DNA of 63,622 bases, the filler included, from Chrysochromulina tobinii (Eukaryota), in the NCBI GenBank assembly GCA_001275005.1. It is 7 parts of 7 records of this genome, joined end to end, with 100 filler letters (N's around TTAATTAATTAA, not from the genome) between each part and the next. Parts side by side here need not be neighbours in the genome. Positions count along the whole stretch, not along the records: positions 18,545 to 36,937 come from JWZX01000859.1; 6 more parts are not named here. The stretch is one strand, 5' to 3'. A program made the position numbers and the translations under genes. Positions 20,114-33,466 of the stretch are shown piece by piece. Under the pieces are notes generated by a model that saw only the letters and a list, made by a program, of their open reading frames with translations, was not told the origin of the DNA and did no database searches. The stretch's first letter is position 1; the number at the start of each line of letters is the position of its first letter.

Positions 20114-23100
20114 CTAAGCCGAGGTCCTCATCGTCACACCCGAACCGCCGCTCGTGGGTCCAGGTAGCAGAGGCAGGATCAGGGCGGCCTCCGTATTGCG
20201 CTCGCGAGCGGCTTGCTGCAGCTGCTGGAAGCGGTCGTTCTGCGTGTGGCCGGGAGGCGGCTGCCACGTGGTAGGGCGCGGCTGCCACGCCTGCTGCCGA
20301 GCACGCTCGTTGTGGGGGCGGAGATGGCCTCTCGCATCTGAGCTCGCATCTGAGCTCGCATCTGGCACCGCGGGGAGCTGCGGACGTACCGGTACCCTTA
20401 CCGGTACGCCTCCCTCACTCGAGGGCGTAGGGCGCACCGGGCGGGCTTGCGGCAGCACCTGCGGCAGTATCTTGAAACGCTCGGGCCTCTGTCCGCGATC
20501 TTCCTCGGCGGACACTCGAGGTGCTCGTGACAGCGCCTCGGCAGACACTCGAGGTGCTCGTGACAGCGCGGACAGTCGAGGCGGGAGCTTACGAGGGGAG
20601 AGCCCCTGTCGGGAGATGAGGTCGGCCAATGCCGCGGCCGCTCGCAGCTCGTCCGAGACGTACCTCTCCCGCATCCGCGTGCCGTACTCGTACCCGTACG
20701 TGCTCAGCACGGCGCGCGCCTCTCGGTCGAGCCCAGGCGCGCCGTGTTGGGCACCCGCTCCGCCCCACACCGAGGGTCCGTCCGCCTCCGCGTCTGCGTC
20801 CGCGTCCGCGTCCGCGTCTGCGTCCGCGTCCGCGACCGCGTCTGTACCGTAGATGGCGCCGAGGGCGTTCATGGCGGGCGAGGGTCGCTTCGGCCTCGCG
20901 AGATTCCCTGCGAGATTCCCTGCGAGGATGCTTACGGGCGGCCCAGCTCGTAGTGGCCTCACACCCTTGCGGTTCACACCCTTGCTGTTCACACCCTTGG
21001 GCTCGACCCTCGAGCTCTCACCTCGATCTCGCACTCGATCTCGCACCCCCTCCTCCTTGGGCGTCCGCGTTGTCGTGGGCGCGGCCTGATGGTCGGCCTG
21101 ATGGTCGATGCTCTTCGAGCGGCCGACGCGTCGTCGTGGGCGCACGCCCCCTTCGGCATGGTGCACGGCCGCCTCCAAGGGGGGGCGCGCCGTCATGGGC
21201 GCCGCCGCGGGACCCCGCGCCGTCTCGAGCGCCTCGAGTGCCAAGGGGGCGCGCGCCGTCTTGAGCGCCTCGAGCGCCACGGAGGGGGCGCGCAGCTCCT
21301 TGGCGTATGCGAACAGCTCGTCGTCACGCATCATGCTCAGCTCCGTCCCATCGTACCGGTACGCGTCCGATCCGTCGACCGGTAGGCCCGCCCAGGACGA
21401 CGCCTCGATCGGTAGGCCAGCACAGGACGACGCCTCGACCGGTAGGCCAGCACAGGACGACGCCTCGACCGGTAGGCCAGCACAGGACGACGCCTCGACC
21501 GGTAGGGGCGCGGATGCTCCCGCCGCCCCGCCGTTGATCGACGCGTCGTCCTGGGCGTCGGCCGGAGTGGGTGCAAAGCTCACGATCCTGCCTTGGCCGT
21601 TGGAGCCACGCGAGATACCGCGCGAGACCAGACCGTCCCTAATTAGGCAAGGGCCGTCTCGCGGCAGTCCGCGAAGCACCGACCGTATCGCGCCCACTAC
21701 GACGCGCCGAGCCTCCTCCTCAACGGCGCCCACTACGACGCGCCGAGCCTCCTCAACGGCAGTCCACGAGCGCTCCTCCACTGCCCACGCCGCCTGCCTT
21801 GCCTCCTGCCTCGCCTCCTCCTTTCTGGGCATCGGGGCTGCCGTCACGCCCATCGTCGGCATGCCGCTGGCGGCAGGGCCCGTCGTCGGCATGGCGCTGG
21901 ATGCATGCATCTTAGCCAGCAAGCGATCCGAGGCTTCGAGGTTGCCTACTTTGGATGCGGCGCCCTCCCACACCCCACCCGCCGCTTCCCAGCGTCGGCG
22001 GAGGAAAAGGTGTCGCTTCTCCGGCATCATCTTGGCGACCACGGCCCGGTCGGACCGAGTCATCGTGTGCCACGCTTCGCGAAGACGAGGGTCGAGGGCG
22101 TGCTCGCCGAGCAGGGACAAACCCTCGCTGTCTGTCAACGCCGGCGCGCCATCGCCCCTGTGGTGCACGCCAGCATCGCCATCGCCTCCAAGGGCGCCGC
22201 CATCGGCGCCCTCTCCACGCCCTCGCACCCTCTCTGACGAAACCCTCTCTGACGAAACCCTCGTGCGTCGTCGATGGAACGTCGACGAGGACTCGCCCCC
22301 CGGGGGATGGTCGAGCCGGGGGGTGGGCGGCACGGGTCCGTGTGGCGTGCTGGCTCGTCGTGGGGGGCCGCCGTGGCTCGTGACTCCGTACGGCCAGAAA
22401 GCACAAGGCGCCTCCTCCTCCTCGCCCACCCCGAACATGCCCATGTGCGCGTGCGCGTGGGTCCGATGCGAGCGCGCGTACACCGACCATGGCAGCAAGC
22501 TGTGAACGGCCGTACGGCCGAGGGCGGTGCGCAACGAGAGCTCGACACGGCGCCGCGCGACCGCTACGCGCCGCGCCTCGCGAGCCACCGCCTTGCGCTG
22601 CATGTGCTCTCGGTACAAGAGCTGAATCTTCCGCGAGGCACCGTACCTGAGGTTCTCTCTGAGCCTCGCACCCACAATCTGGCTCGTGAGCTCGCCAAGG
22701 ATCGTCTTCACGATGAGGCGCCTCGAGCGTTGGACGAGGCGCTTAAAGACGATGACGGCCCAGAGGAAGCGGACGAGTTTGTTCCCAGCGCGCTTATCTT
22801 GATCTTTGATCAGACGTCGCACGCGGTAGCTGTGGTAGGCGCGCTGCATGCGTCGGACCGCCTGCAGCTCACGCCATGCATTCGCCTCTTCCGAGATCTC
22901 GATCTGCAAGATCAGTGACGAGACCACGGACCTGACGCATCGAATGCGCCAGCCGCGCCAGAAGGCCTGCATGCGCACCGCAACCAGCAGCTGCATGCGC
23001 TTGAACGCCGCTTCCCGCCTTCCGATCACTCCGCGCCAATCGCGCTGTAGCAGCAGCGCGCCCTCCCTTGCCTTCTTGAGCCGGTGCATGTTCATACGGG

Positions 23101-26100
23101 TCCGCTGGCGTGCTTGCACAAGCCGTGCCGCCGCTGCCGCCCTCTGCTGTGCCAGGTCGCCGAGGAAGTTGAGGCTCGCAGCCGCCTTGGCATCGAGTCG
23201 CATGGCCTTGCTCATCTTCTTCCGCTGCCGATCCGCCCGCTTCGCCCGATCGATCCGCATCGCCGACTTACGCCTCGCGTGGCTCTGCAACTTCGTGGCA
23301 GCGCGCAGGCGGCGCTCCTCGACGAGTCTCTCTCGCTCCAGTCGAGCGTGAATCACGCGGCAAATCACGCGGGAGTGCCGTTCGAGGATGCGCTTCTGAT
23401 CGTCCATGAGCTTCTTGCGCAGCCGGATGGCAAGCCCCAGGCGTGCGCCTCGCTGGAGGACGAGGACCGCCTTCTGTCGATCAATCTCCCTCGCGAGATT
23501 CGTCGTCTCCTCTGCGAGTGCACGCACGCATGCGGATGATCGCGCGGACGGTTAAGGGCCAGGGACGGGGTGCAATCAGAGGTCAGCAGCATGCAATACA
23601 CACCTGCGAGTGCACGCATGCGGATGATCGCGCGGACGGCCTGTGCCGCCCTACGCACGACACGTCGGCCCGTCGCTGCCGCCGCAGCCTTCCACCTTCT
23701 CCTCTCTTCCGTCTGCCTGAGCGCCTCCAGCCGCAGCGCCTCGGCCATCACCCGCTGCACCGTCACCTCCACCAGCGCCTGACGTGCCGCCTGCGTCGAC
23801 GTGGCACGATCCCTCACAAATCCCACACTCGCCATAGCCTGAGCTCCCCTTTGCATCGACGCCCGGCCAACCTCCGCGGCGCGACGCTTGCGCAAGGCCG
23901 TCGCTGCTACCAGTGCCCGACGCTTGCCGACGGCGATACACATGCGAGCACACGCCTGGATCAGAGTCGCCGCCGCCTCGGCCGCTTCTGCCGCCGCCAT
24001 CTGCAGCCCAAGCTCAAACGCCCTGCGCACCGCCTCCTCCGCCAACGCCTGACGCTCCGCCTCCTCCCTAGCCTCCCTCGCCCTCGTCTCCCTCGCCCTC
24101 GTCTCCGCTGCCAAGCTGCCCATCGCCCCCGCCGCTCTGAGAGCTCCCACCCCACTCTTCACTGCCGCCCGGCCCACCGCGGCCGCCCCCGCCAGCCGCA
24201 AGCGCTCCGCCTCCATCTGAAACGCCGTCGCAAGGGCGTCCCGTATGCACGAGGATGCAAGCGCTTGGCGTGCCACCTCCGCAGCCGCGCCAAGCCCACT
24301 CATCGTCCGAAGGAGCCCGAGCGCGCCCACGCCCCGGCGGACAGCGTGCCGCGCCGTCGCAGCCGCCAGCTCGAGCCTCTTGCGTTCAGCGGCGGCGAGC
24401 CGCTGGCGCTCCGCCGCCGCAGCCGCCGCCTGCTCCGCGGCCTGAGTCGCGAGCGCAGCGGCTGCCCTTGCGCTCTCCTCCGTCGCCGCCGCCTCGGCGG
24501 CCACCGCCTGAGCGCGCGCCGTCTCGGCGGCCGACAGTGCAGCCAGCGCCGCCACCTCCTCCCTTGCCGCCGCCTCCGCGGCCTCAAGTGCGGCGGCCGC
24601 CTCGGCCAGTGGCGCCCGAGGCGGCGCCTTCTCGAAGCTTGCGAAGGCATTCTCCAAGGACGCTTGGACGGAAATGACCGTTGCTCGGAAGCCTCCCGCA
24701 TTCAAGCCAGCCTGTATGTCCCCTGCCGAACCGCTCATCAACTTCATGCCTGCCTCCGCGCACGCCACGGCCGCCGCGATGTGCTGCTCACCCCGCCGCC
24801 TCGTCTCCACCAAACTTCGCTCTGCGACCGCCGCTGCTTCCGCATCCGCACGCTCGAGGGCGGACGCGAGGTCCCGCTGGAGCGCTTGCTGGAGGGCGAC
24901 GAGGGCCTGCCTCTCGGCGCTGGTCCCGTGTTGGAAGAGCACCGCGTACTCGACCGCTAGGACCGCCCCTTGACCCTGAAGAGTGGTGGGTGTACCGGCT
25001 GTGCCCGAGAGAACGCGCACGTCGTCGGGGTTCACCTCGAGCATGGTGCCCAAGGCCTTCTTGAACCCCTTCTCGTCCCAGGCATCTGGCGTCCCTTGCA
25101 GATTGATCTGCGATCGGAGCTCAGTTGGCATCTCCATCAAGCGTTCAAAGTCTTCAAATGAGAGCTCGTCGCTGCTACCCGCCGCCTCCCTGGCAGCTCT
25201 CTCCCAAGCCCGGGCCTCCTCCTGCTCCTCCTCGTCCTCGGCTGCGAGTGTCGCTGGCGGCCACTGGATGCGGATCGGCTCGGACGCCGCCGCCGCCGGT
25301 GCTGCGGCTGCTCTGGTGACTGCGGGCGCTTGGGCCTTCGCCAGTGATGCAGGTGCTGCGGCGACGTTCGCAGTCGCCAGTGCTGCCGCTGCTGCCGCCA
25401 CCGCCGCCGCAGGCTGCGCACTAGGCTTGCGGCGCTCGAGAGTCGGACACACATGCAAGTGGAGAAGGACTGTGGGGGCGAGGTAGATGCGGCGTCGCAT
25501 GCCCCGCACCGTGGCGACGTGCGCCATGGCCGCCGCCGCTGCCGTCGCCGCCTGCGCCGCGGCCTGCGCTGCCTGCGCTGCCTCCGCGTCCGCCCGCAAT
25601 GCGGCTGCCGCTGCCGCCTCCGCCTCCGCCTGAGCAGAGGCCGCCTCCGCCGACGCCCGAATGGCCTCCGCGGTCTCTAGCAGAGTCGACGTTGCCACCC
25701 GAGACTCTCGTCCCGAGGCCCGAGCCGACGTTACCACGGCGCGCTCGGGGCTCATCACCCAAGACTCTAGTCCCACGACCGTTGACCCTTGAGCTTCCTC
25801 CGCCGTCGCCTGCACGGCAATCGTCGTCACGGCGGCGGAAATAGAGGCGCTCGTCACCTTGTCGGCGGGAGATTGGACGGCGAGAGATTGGTCGGCGAGA
25901 GCGTCGGTGGCCGTCGTCGGTGCGCCCAGGACGGCGCCTGTGGTGACGGCGAGAGCGTCGGTGGCCGTCGTCGATGCCTCCGCAGACGGAGCCGTCACCT
26001 CAGGCGCCGTCCTGGGCGCATCGGAGGTTGGCGGTTCGTCAATAGGCGCCGTCCTGGGCACATCGAAGGTTGGCGGTTCGTCAACAGTCATCGCCTCCGC

Positions 26101-29100
26101 CTCATCACGATGCTCACGGGCCAGCGCCACTCGCATCTTCGCCGCACGGAGCTGCTTCTTGAGCTGTTTGGAAGTCGTCTCAAGTTCTCCCGAAGAGGCT
26201 TGCGCTTCCGCAGGGAAGGCGCGCGCTTCCGTCTGTGCTTGCTGCATCCTCGCTTCATGTGCGACGAGGGCCCTTACCGCGACATCCATCGCCTCCGCCG
26301 CAATCGCCATCTCCACCGCCGACGCGGCCTTGGCCTTCGCCCGTGCGCTCGCCCGCTGTGCGCGTACCTCCGCCTCCGCCCTCTCCTTCTCCAGGGCAAG
26401 TGTCACAACGTCCGCTAGTCGACTGCCCAATACGGCGCCGGCAGGTTTGGGAGTGAGCATGCCCACGCCCTTCCCTTTGAAAAGAGCGAGGCCGCGCGGA
26501 CGCTCGGGGGAGAGGGTTTGTGACAAGGCGGACGAGGGAGCTGTCTCATTGACTGCCACCTCCTTCGCTGCCTCCGCCGCTGCCGCCTCCTCCGCTGCCG
26601 CCTGCTTCGCGAGTGCATCTTTTGCTGCCGTCTCCTTTGCTGCCGTCTCCTTTGCTGCCGCCTCCTTGGCTGCCGCCTCCTTTGCTGCCGCATCCTTTGC
26701 TGCCTTTGCTGCCGCCTCCTTTGCTGCCTTTGCTGCCTCCTCCTTTGCTGCCGCCTCTCTGACTGCAGCCTTTTGCTTCGCCGCTGCTTCGGCCATCGCC
26801 GCCGCATTCGCGACAGACGCCGCTCTGGCCGCTATGAATGCCGTCCTCGCCGCCTCCGCCCTCGCCGCCTCAGCCCTTGCCGCCGCCGCCTCTGACTCTG
26901 CATGCTTGGCAGCCGCCGTCTTGGATGCGCTCTCCGCTACCCCGACTGCCTGCTTGCACGCTGCCTCCGCTTGTGACTCCCGCGCGAATACGCCCGTCGT
27001 GTCCCGTGTCTGCGTCTGGGCCTTCCGTGGCTTGGGTGGGTGCTTCATCACTACACCCGGCGCCTTTTTGCGTGCGGCCTTGCCTCGATGCGCCGCCGCA
27101 ATCGTGGTCGCCGCAGCAGCCTCGCGAGAGTCCGACACAAGGGCCTGCTTCACGCTGGTCGGCGGCGGCGCTGGGCTCCTTAGGACCTTGCTGAGCTCCT
27201 TGTAGTGGAGGACGCCACCTCCGTCCTGGTCCCAGCTGTCAAAGAGGGCATCGACCTCCTGGACGGGCACATCGAGCCCGATGGTGGGCAAAGCCTTGCG
27301 AAACTCCTTTTTGCTCACCTCGCCGTCGCCGTTGGCATCCCACGCGCGGAAAAGGTCGAGCACCTTGCCCGCGTTCCGGCGAAGCGCCGCCGCGATCTGT
27401 TGCTGGATCGGCGGGGCGTCGGGCCCTTCGTCGAGGTCGATCTTGCTTGGACGGACGTGGTGAGCGGGTGGCTGCACGGGCGCTGTGGTGGGCGCGGGCA
27501 AGGGCGGCGGCTTGGGTGGGTGCTTCATCACCACCCCCGGCGCCTTTTTGCGTGCGGCCTTGCCTCGATGCGCCGCCGCAATCGTGGTCGCCGCCTTCGC
27601 CTCACAAGCGTGACGCTGCCCTCTCGACAGGACCGCCTCCTCGCACCGCCCTCTCGACAGCACCGCCTCCACACACCATGCCAACTGGACGTGGGGATGC
27701 GGGCGCAGTGGTAGCAGCGCAGCTGCAATGCGATACGACAGCGCGGTACGACGCCCCATGCGCCCGCGCCGGGACGACTGAAGTTTCACGGCGGCCCCGT
27801 CGCGCTCTGCTGCGATCCGCTCGGCCTCCGCCTTCTCCGCTGCCAACCTCTCCGCCTCCGCCTTCTCCTCTGCCAACCTCCGAGCCCTTGCTGCAGCGGC
27901 TGCCTCTGCCGCCCGCCGCTCGGCCTCCGCCGCCAGCCGCTCGGCCTCCGCCTTCTCCGCCGCCAACCTCGCCGCCTCCGCCGCCAACCTCTCCGCCTCC
28001 GCCGCTGCGGCAGCCTCGGCCAACGCACGTGCCGCCTCGAGCTGTGCCGCCTCGCGCTCCGCCTCGAGCCGTGCCATCTCCGCAATCTGGCTCGCGATCT
28101 GGAGACGGAGCTGCTCAACCTCACGCCTTGCGGTGAGCCCGCGTGCGGCCGACTGAAGCGCCATCGCCGCGTCCGCCCGCTGGGTCGCCCACACGTGGCG
28201 CGTGCCAGCGGCAGCCATCCTGCCCAAGGCGCCACGTCGCCGGGCCTGGATCAAGATGGCGGCGTCCCTTGCCGCCTCCGCCGCCAGCCTCGCCGCCTCC
28301 GCCTCGGCGGCCGCCTTGGCCGCCGCCTCCTCGGCCGCGCGCCTCGCCTTCTCCGCCGCCTCTCGCATCGCCTCCGCCTCCGCCTGCTCGCGTCGCTCGA
28401 CCTCCGCACGCGCCGCTGCCTCTTCGGCTTCCTTGATTGCCTCCAACCGCAGAGCCTCTGCTCGCTCAGCGGCTGCACGGCGCTCGGCCTCGACCTTAAC
28501 GGCCGCGGCGCGCTCCTCCTCCGCCTTCAACGCCAATGCGCGCCGCTCCTCCTCCAGCTTCGCCGCCTTCTCCCGCATCAGCCGTCGGCGCGCCATCCGG
28601 CTGCTACGCCACGCGCGCTGGAGTCGGCGTACCGCATAGAAACGCGTGAGCTTCTCGATGGCTGCCTCGCGAGCGCGCTCTTGCACCTTGTGCATCGTCG
28701 CCTCGTTCACCAGTGGCACCGCGTGTGGCTGCAAGCCCGAGCCGCTCGGCTGCGCCCCAGGCTTGGCCGCCGCTCCCAACAACCCTCTCAGTACGCCAAC
28801 CACATTCTTCACGGCACCCGCGGCATACCTCTGAATGATCGGGCTCGAGTGCCCGAGCAAGGCCTCGAAGATGGGGATGGCGTTGGCGTCGGCGAGCGCG
28901 GCCGCCCACGCAGGGTCCGTCGAGCAGTTCTGAAGCGCGGCCGCCGCGTACGCGATGACCTCCGTCTCCGGGGACGAGAGGCACGTGAGCAGCTTCGGCG
29001 CGGCGCCGATCGCGAGCAGCTGGCGCTTCGTCAGGGCGGACTGGGCGTCGACGGCGTCCGAGGCGAGGTTGGCGATCAGGAAGAGCGCCTGCTGGATCAT

Positions 29101-29394
29101 CTCCTCGTCGGTCTCGAGCAGATTGGTGATCGTGCTGATGCCGCCCGCATCCCGGATCGCAACTCCAAGTGCCTCGCCCTCGGCGCCCCACGCCCCGCCG
29201 ACGAGCTCGCAGAGCAAATCGAGCGCCTCCTCACGGTTGGCGTTGTTGGGCAGGTCCAAGAGCTGGAGCAAAATTGGCACAGCAGCGTTCGGCACCGCTT
29301 CTCTGGGCGGCGGCTGTGGGGTGGCACCCATCATGTTTGCCGTGCAAGGGGAACTGAACGTTCGTTCCGTTACTTCTCCCTCCATGCCATGCAT
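20114..29394 (-). CDS. very large ARM-repeat / IQ-motif / EF-hand coiled-coil protein; intron 23512-23603, probable in-frame intron 25414-25509
   Basis: N-terminal armadillo-like helices; many IQxxxRG motifs; DANGDGEVSKKE and DQDGGGVLHYKE; phase-1 intron joins the 2009-aa and 1137-aa ORFs (ALA-EETT). Confidence 0.8.
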
Positions 29395-30220
29395 GCAAGA
29401 GGACCAAAATAGTCATTCGAAGCCCGCGGTCGACGGAAAAATTTGGAAACAGCTTCCTTCTGTGCGAAATCCTTGAGCCCTACCCATATCACGAGAGGCC
29501 GCACTTCTCTGCCCTAACAAAGCAAGCACTGTGCTTGTTTACTGACGGAACAGTACTTGAACGTTTCGACTCATTCGCTTGCTTGCTAAAATGCTAACCA
29601 AACATGACCGAATACCAAAGTTCGCATTCGGCGTGGCTCAATGGCTCAATCGAAAATCCCGTATGAATTCTTCCCCACCCCGTTGGAACACCGGGAGGGA
29701 AGCCTCAGAGATTAACCGCCAGCGCGCCCTTGCGCCCCCCACGATGGGTCTCCACGGGGCCTGTGGCTGTGCGTCTTGCCGTGATGGATTTTTAACGTTA
29801 ACGTGAACCGCCAGCGCGAAAAAAGAGCGCGAGCGCAGCGCCCGTATTTCCCACAGCCTCGTTTTGCTGGTGAAGCCCCTCAGAACCCTGTTTCCTCAAA
29901 AAGCGAAGAAAAGCAGTCCAGCCTTGGCAGTAGCCTTGGCAGCAACTTGTCGGCGCGCTGGAGGCGCTGCGACGCAGCGAATCGCCCCGCCGACGCGCGC
30001 CCCGGCCGGCCGCGGGCCACCGACGCACGCCATAGCCGGCACGCGCGCTCGCGCAATCACCATGGCCACCGTGCGGCCACCGTAACTCCTCAATCACCCC
30101 AGGCGGCTGGCAAGCTGCCGTGCGCCACGATACTGTCGTCTCTCGACGCCGCCGTCGTCGACGACGGCGGCGTCGAGAGACTTCTTTTGCGTTCCCTTCG
30201 GGGGGCGCGCCAACGCTCGT

Positions 30221-30637
30221 CTCTACACCTCCGACTCCCTCTGCGACGATGGCGGCCCCGGCGCCGAGTACGCAGACTGCATCTACGGCTCCGACTGCGC
30301 GGACTGCGGCCCGCGCATGCCGGTCGCCGCCCCGATGGCGACCTGCACCAAGGACTGCGTCGGAATTCCCTCGTACGCCTCGGACGGCGATTGCGACGGC
30401 GATTGCGACGGCGGCGGCCCTGGCGCCGAGTACCTGGGTTGCCAGCTCGGCACCGACTGCGCGACCGCGTGCGCCGACTGCGGCCCGCGCTTCCCGCCTC
30501 CTCCGCCCATCTGCGCCGAGACGTGCAACTGGGCTTCCGACGCCGATTGCAACGACTGCGGCCCCGGCTCGGAGTTCCGCCCGGCCCCGGGCCGACGGCA
30601 GGTGTACCATTTTGGTATTATTTTAACTAATACATGA
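30221..30637 (+). pseudogene. fragment with Cys-rich CDDGGPGAEY...DC.DCGPR repeats
   Basis: Frame of ORF 30317 reads SDSLCDDGGPGAEYADCIYGSDCADCGPR...ASDGDCDGDCDGGGPGAEY...ASDADCNDCGPGSEF; no clear start, third repeat incomplete. Confidence 0.5.
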
Positions 30638-31306
30638 CAGAGTCTAGAGAACTAAAGTGTCTAAAGTAAGGGGGTGGGGAAGCCGGTGGTAGCACTCTAA
30701 ACATTAAAGGGGGTCCGAGCCAGTACCCTGACAAGGCATGTGAAAGGCTGCTGCGCTCGCCTTTTTCAGGGTCCCCAGGATATTTGCGGAACACTACAAT
30801 TGTACATGGACGTGACGAAACTTCTCGGAGTTTAGGGCGCTCCAGGTGCTCACGTGGCGCGTGGTGACCACCGCTGCGGGCGGCATGCGGTAGCCGGTCG
30901 AGCCGTTGTCCACGGCCACTTGGAAGATGAAGCGGCGCGTGCGCTCGATGCCAGGAGGCCATTGTCACAGCATTGTCACAGCAAGAACGCACAAGAAATT
31001 TGGAGCTCAGATCGCGCACAAATCGCGTAAACAGACTCAGATTGCACATGCTCAAAACGTTCGGTTTTTAGAAAAAAAGGGTTCACACTTGTAGGCCGGT
31101 TTAATTCTGGATTCCTGTGCACGAGGACAGTTCAACTGAACATGTTGTACGACCCTCAAACCAGGAGCGATCGCGGTCTGCGCCAAGGAGCTGCCGCGCG
31201 GAGACAGTACACGGCGCCGCACGTGCAGTCATGAAACGGAGCTCCAAGGTGATTCGCGCTAGCACTCCACTGTTCAATCCACGCGGGGGCACTGAAAGCC
31301 CCGTGC

Positions 31307-33466
31307 ATGATGACCAAAGCACGACCGACAATCCCCTCGCAGGTCCATTCCGCCGCGAACGAGACCGGTGTCAAAACCGAGGGCGGTAAGGGCGAGTCCA
31401 AAGACCCTAAACGCCCAAGTTTCTATGCGAATTTCTATCTCGAGAGTCTCCAGATGCGCCGCCACGAGGCGTTGGTATTCTTGCGCGTCCTTCTGGCGCT
31501 GCCAGGACCCGTCTTCTTGGCGTTCTCAATCCAGCAGTACTTTGACGGGATCGGTTCTTTCAGGTCTCTCGTACAGGGCCATATCGGGTTAGCGATCGCA
31601 GTCCCTGGGATGTTCGCAACCCTCCTGTTGTGGCTATTTTCGCTTCTCCTCGCGCAAATCCATCACACGGTCGATTTCGATAAGCCACAGTCTCTTCATG
31701 GAAGACGCGTCTGGACACCGGTGAGGGCCTTTGAATGTGCTTTGTTTTTGCTAACCGCCTTTGCTTACATACTACTCTACAGTCAAGATCGGGTGTTCTA
31801 CGTGTGGGCCGTACTCGGCTTACAGCCCATCGTGGCACTGGTTCTCTATTCGATTACAAGGGTTGTTCGCGCCATCATCAATGACCAAGGTAGCAGTTAC
31901 CACTCATTTTTGCTCTCGCAAGGCTGGCGGGTCTTCGTCAACGCCATTTTCTGCGCATGCGTGATGCTCTATGGTCTGTCGGCGATGTCGCGCATTCCAA
32001 TCGACGCCCTCTCGATTGTGGCCTTTTCCGAACTATCATTCAGTGGCATCGCCTGTTCGGACGAGAGTGCATTTTTGAATGCCTTTGGGGCGTCTGGAGC
32101 CAATGCTAGCTGCCCTGCCAAGCCCCATTGCGGTTACCGTACGTACGAGGAGCTATGCCAGGCCGTGCAGTACTCGACGATGGCGAGAGTCTTGGTCATC
32201 GACTTAGATTTAATTCACTTCTTCGTCGCCGTAAGCTGGGTCGTCGTCTCGCTTTTCCTTAAGGGCACTGGCCGTTTACGCACAGACAACGGCTACTCGC
32301 ACTTGTTCTCTCGCCACATGATCGTCGGGATGCTGTTGTGCTTGGTGCAACTGATGAACATGATCTTCTCATGCATGCGCCTCCTCCTTATTGTGCCTCG
32401 GCTGCAGTCTCCACGCCAAGCAGCCTACTTTGATCGAGAGGACTCGATGATGGAGGAGCTACCTCTGTTCTGCTACTCTAGCGATTGTATTGGGATTCAC
32501 CTGTGGGGCACTGTCTGCCTGCACGCGCTCATCGCTATCGTGTTAAACTTTGACTTCCTCGCCAAATATGCATCGCAACTGGGGGCCAAAAAGGTTAAGG
32601 AAAAGGCAATCGACGACCTCAAAATTCATGAGAACTATGAGGATAGGTGGGTGGAACACGCTCCATTTTTCTACTTCCTTCCCGCAAAATACGTTTGCAA
32701 TTGCGCCGAAAAGTCGTTACCTCGCATGCAGACATTGCGAGACGCTGGCGTACTGGAAAAGATGAAGATCCCTCTCGTCGAAGCGTTTCGCGGTGTAGGC
32801 ATCATCAAGAAGATCCTCTTCGTGAGCCATCGGTGGGAAGAGCCTGGTCAGCCCGATGTCGACGGCGAGCAACTCAATGCCATCAAAGCGTATCTTGGTA
32901 CGCATAAGGACATCGAGTGGGTTTGGTTCGACTATTCATCGATGCCTCAGAAGGTCAGACTCATCCACTCAGATAGGGACTGGCGGACTCCGAAGGAGTT
33001 AGCCGAGTTCGATCTGATGCTCGCCGCCATCACCGACATGTACCTGACCGCGCGCATCCTCATTCTCCTCGACGGGTCGTACGTGTCGCGGTTCTGGACG
33101 CTGACGGAGGCATGGTGCTCGATGCAGAAGGCCACACGCGATGGGCTCAAGCCCGCAACGGAGGATGAGCAGCGTCGCTACACGATTAAATGCATCCACA
33201 ACGCTACCGAGAAGCATGATGGCGAGGGGCTCGTCGAAAAGGTGTCCGAGAAGAAGCCCGAGGAAATGCATGGTATCCTCAAGAAGCCGGACGTGAACGT
33301 CACCAACGCAAAGGACAAGGAGGCCATGTTGCCCAAGATCCTGGAGTACGATTCGCACGTCAAAGATATGTATGCAAAGATGGAAAAACACGCCGACCAC
33401 GATCAAGGAGCTGGAGCTGACGGAAGTACAAGCCGACAAGACGCAGGTACAGTCAGTGCCTTTTGA
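31307..33466 (+). CDS. multi-pass membrane protein with C-terminal HET-like (TIR-related) domain
   Basis: About 8-9 hydrophobic segments, then FVSHRW...PD..G.Q...WVWFDYSSMPQ...MY...Y.SRFWTLTE. Confidence 0.8.
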   Translation: MMTKARPTIPSQVHSAANETGVKTEGGKGESKDPKRPSFYANFYLESLQMRRHEALVFLRVLLALPGPVFLAFSIQQYFDGIGSFRSLVQGHIGLAIAVPGMFATLLLWLFSLLLAQIHHTVDFDKPQSLHGRRVWTPVRAFECALFLLTAFAYILLYSQDRVFYVWAVLGLQPIVALVLYSITRVVRAIINDQGSSYHSFLLSQGWRVFVNAIFCACVMLYGLSAMSRIPIDALSIVAFSELSFSGIACSDESAFLNAFGASGANASCPAKPHCGYRTYEELCQAVQYSTMARVLVIDLDLIHFFVAVSWVVVSLFLKGTGRLRTDNGYSHLFSRHMIVGMLLCLVQLMNMIFSCMRLLLIVPRLQSPRQAAYFDREDSMMEELPLFCYSSDCIGIHLWGTVCLHALIAIVLNFDFLAKYASQLGAKKVKEKAIDDLKIHENYEDRWVEHAPFFYFLPAKYVCNCAEKSLPRMQTLRDAGVLEKMKIPLVEAFRGVGIIKKILFVSHRWEEPGQPDVDGEQLNAIKAYLGTHKDIEWVWFDYSSMPQKVRLIHSDRDWRTPKELAEFDLMLAAITDMYLTARILILLDGSYVSRFWTLTEAWCSMQKATRDGLKPATEDEQRRYTIKCIHNATEKHDGEGLVEKVSEKKPEEMHGILKKPDVNVTNAKDKEAMLPKILEYDSHVKDMYAKMEKHADHDQGAGADGSTSRQDAGTVSAF

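Noticed and set aside
23443..29412. Long plus-strand ORFs opposite the IQ/EF-hand gene (likewise opposite other genes)
   Set aside because: Antisense shadow ORFs expected at high GC; no domains
30640..31100. Lower-GC stretch as a transposon
   Set aside because: No terminal repeats, target duplication or transposase motif found
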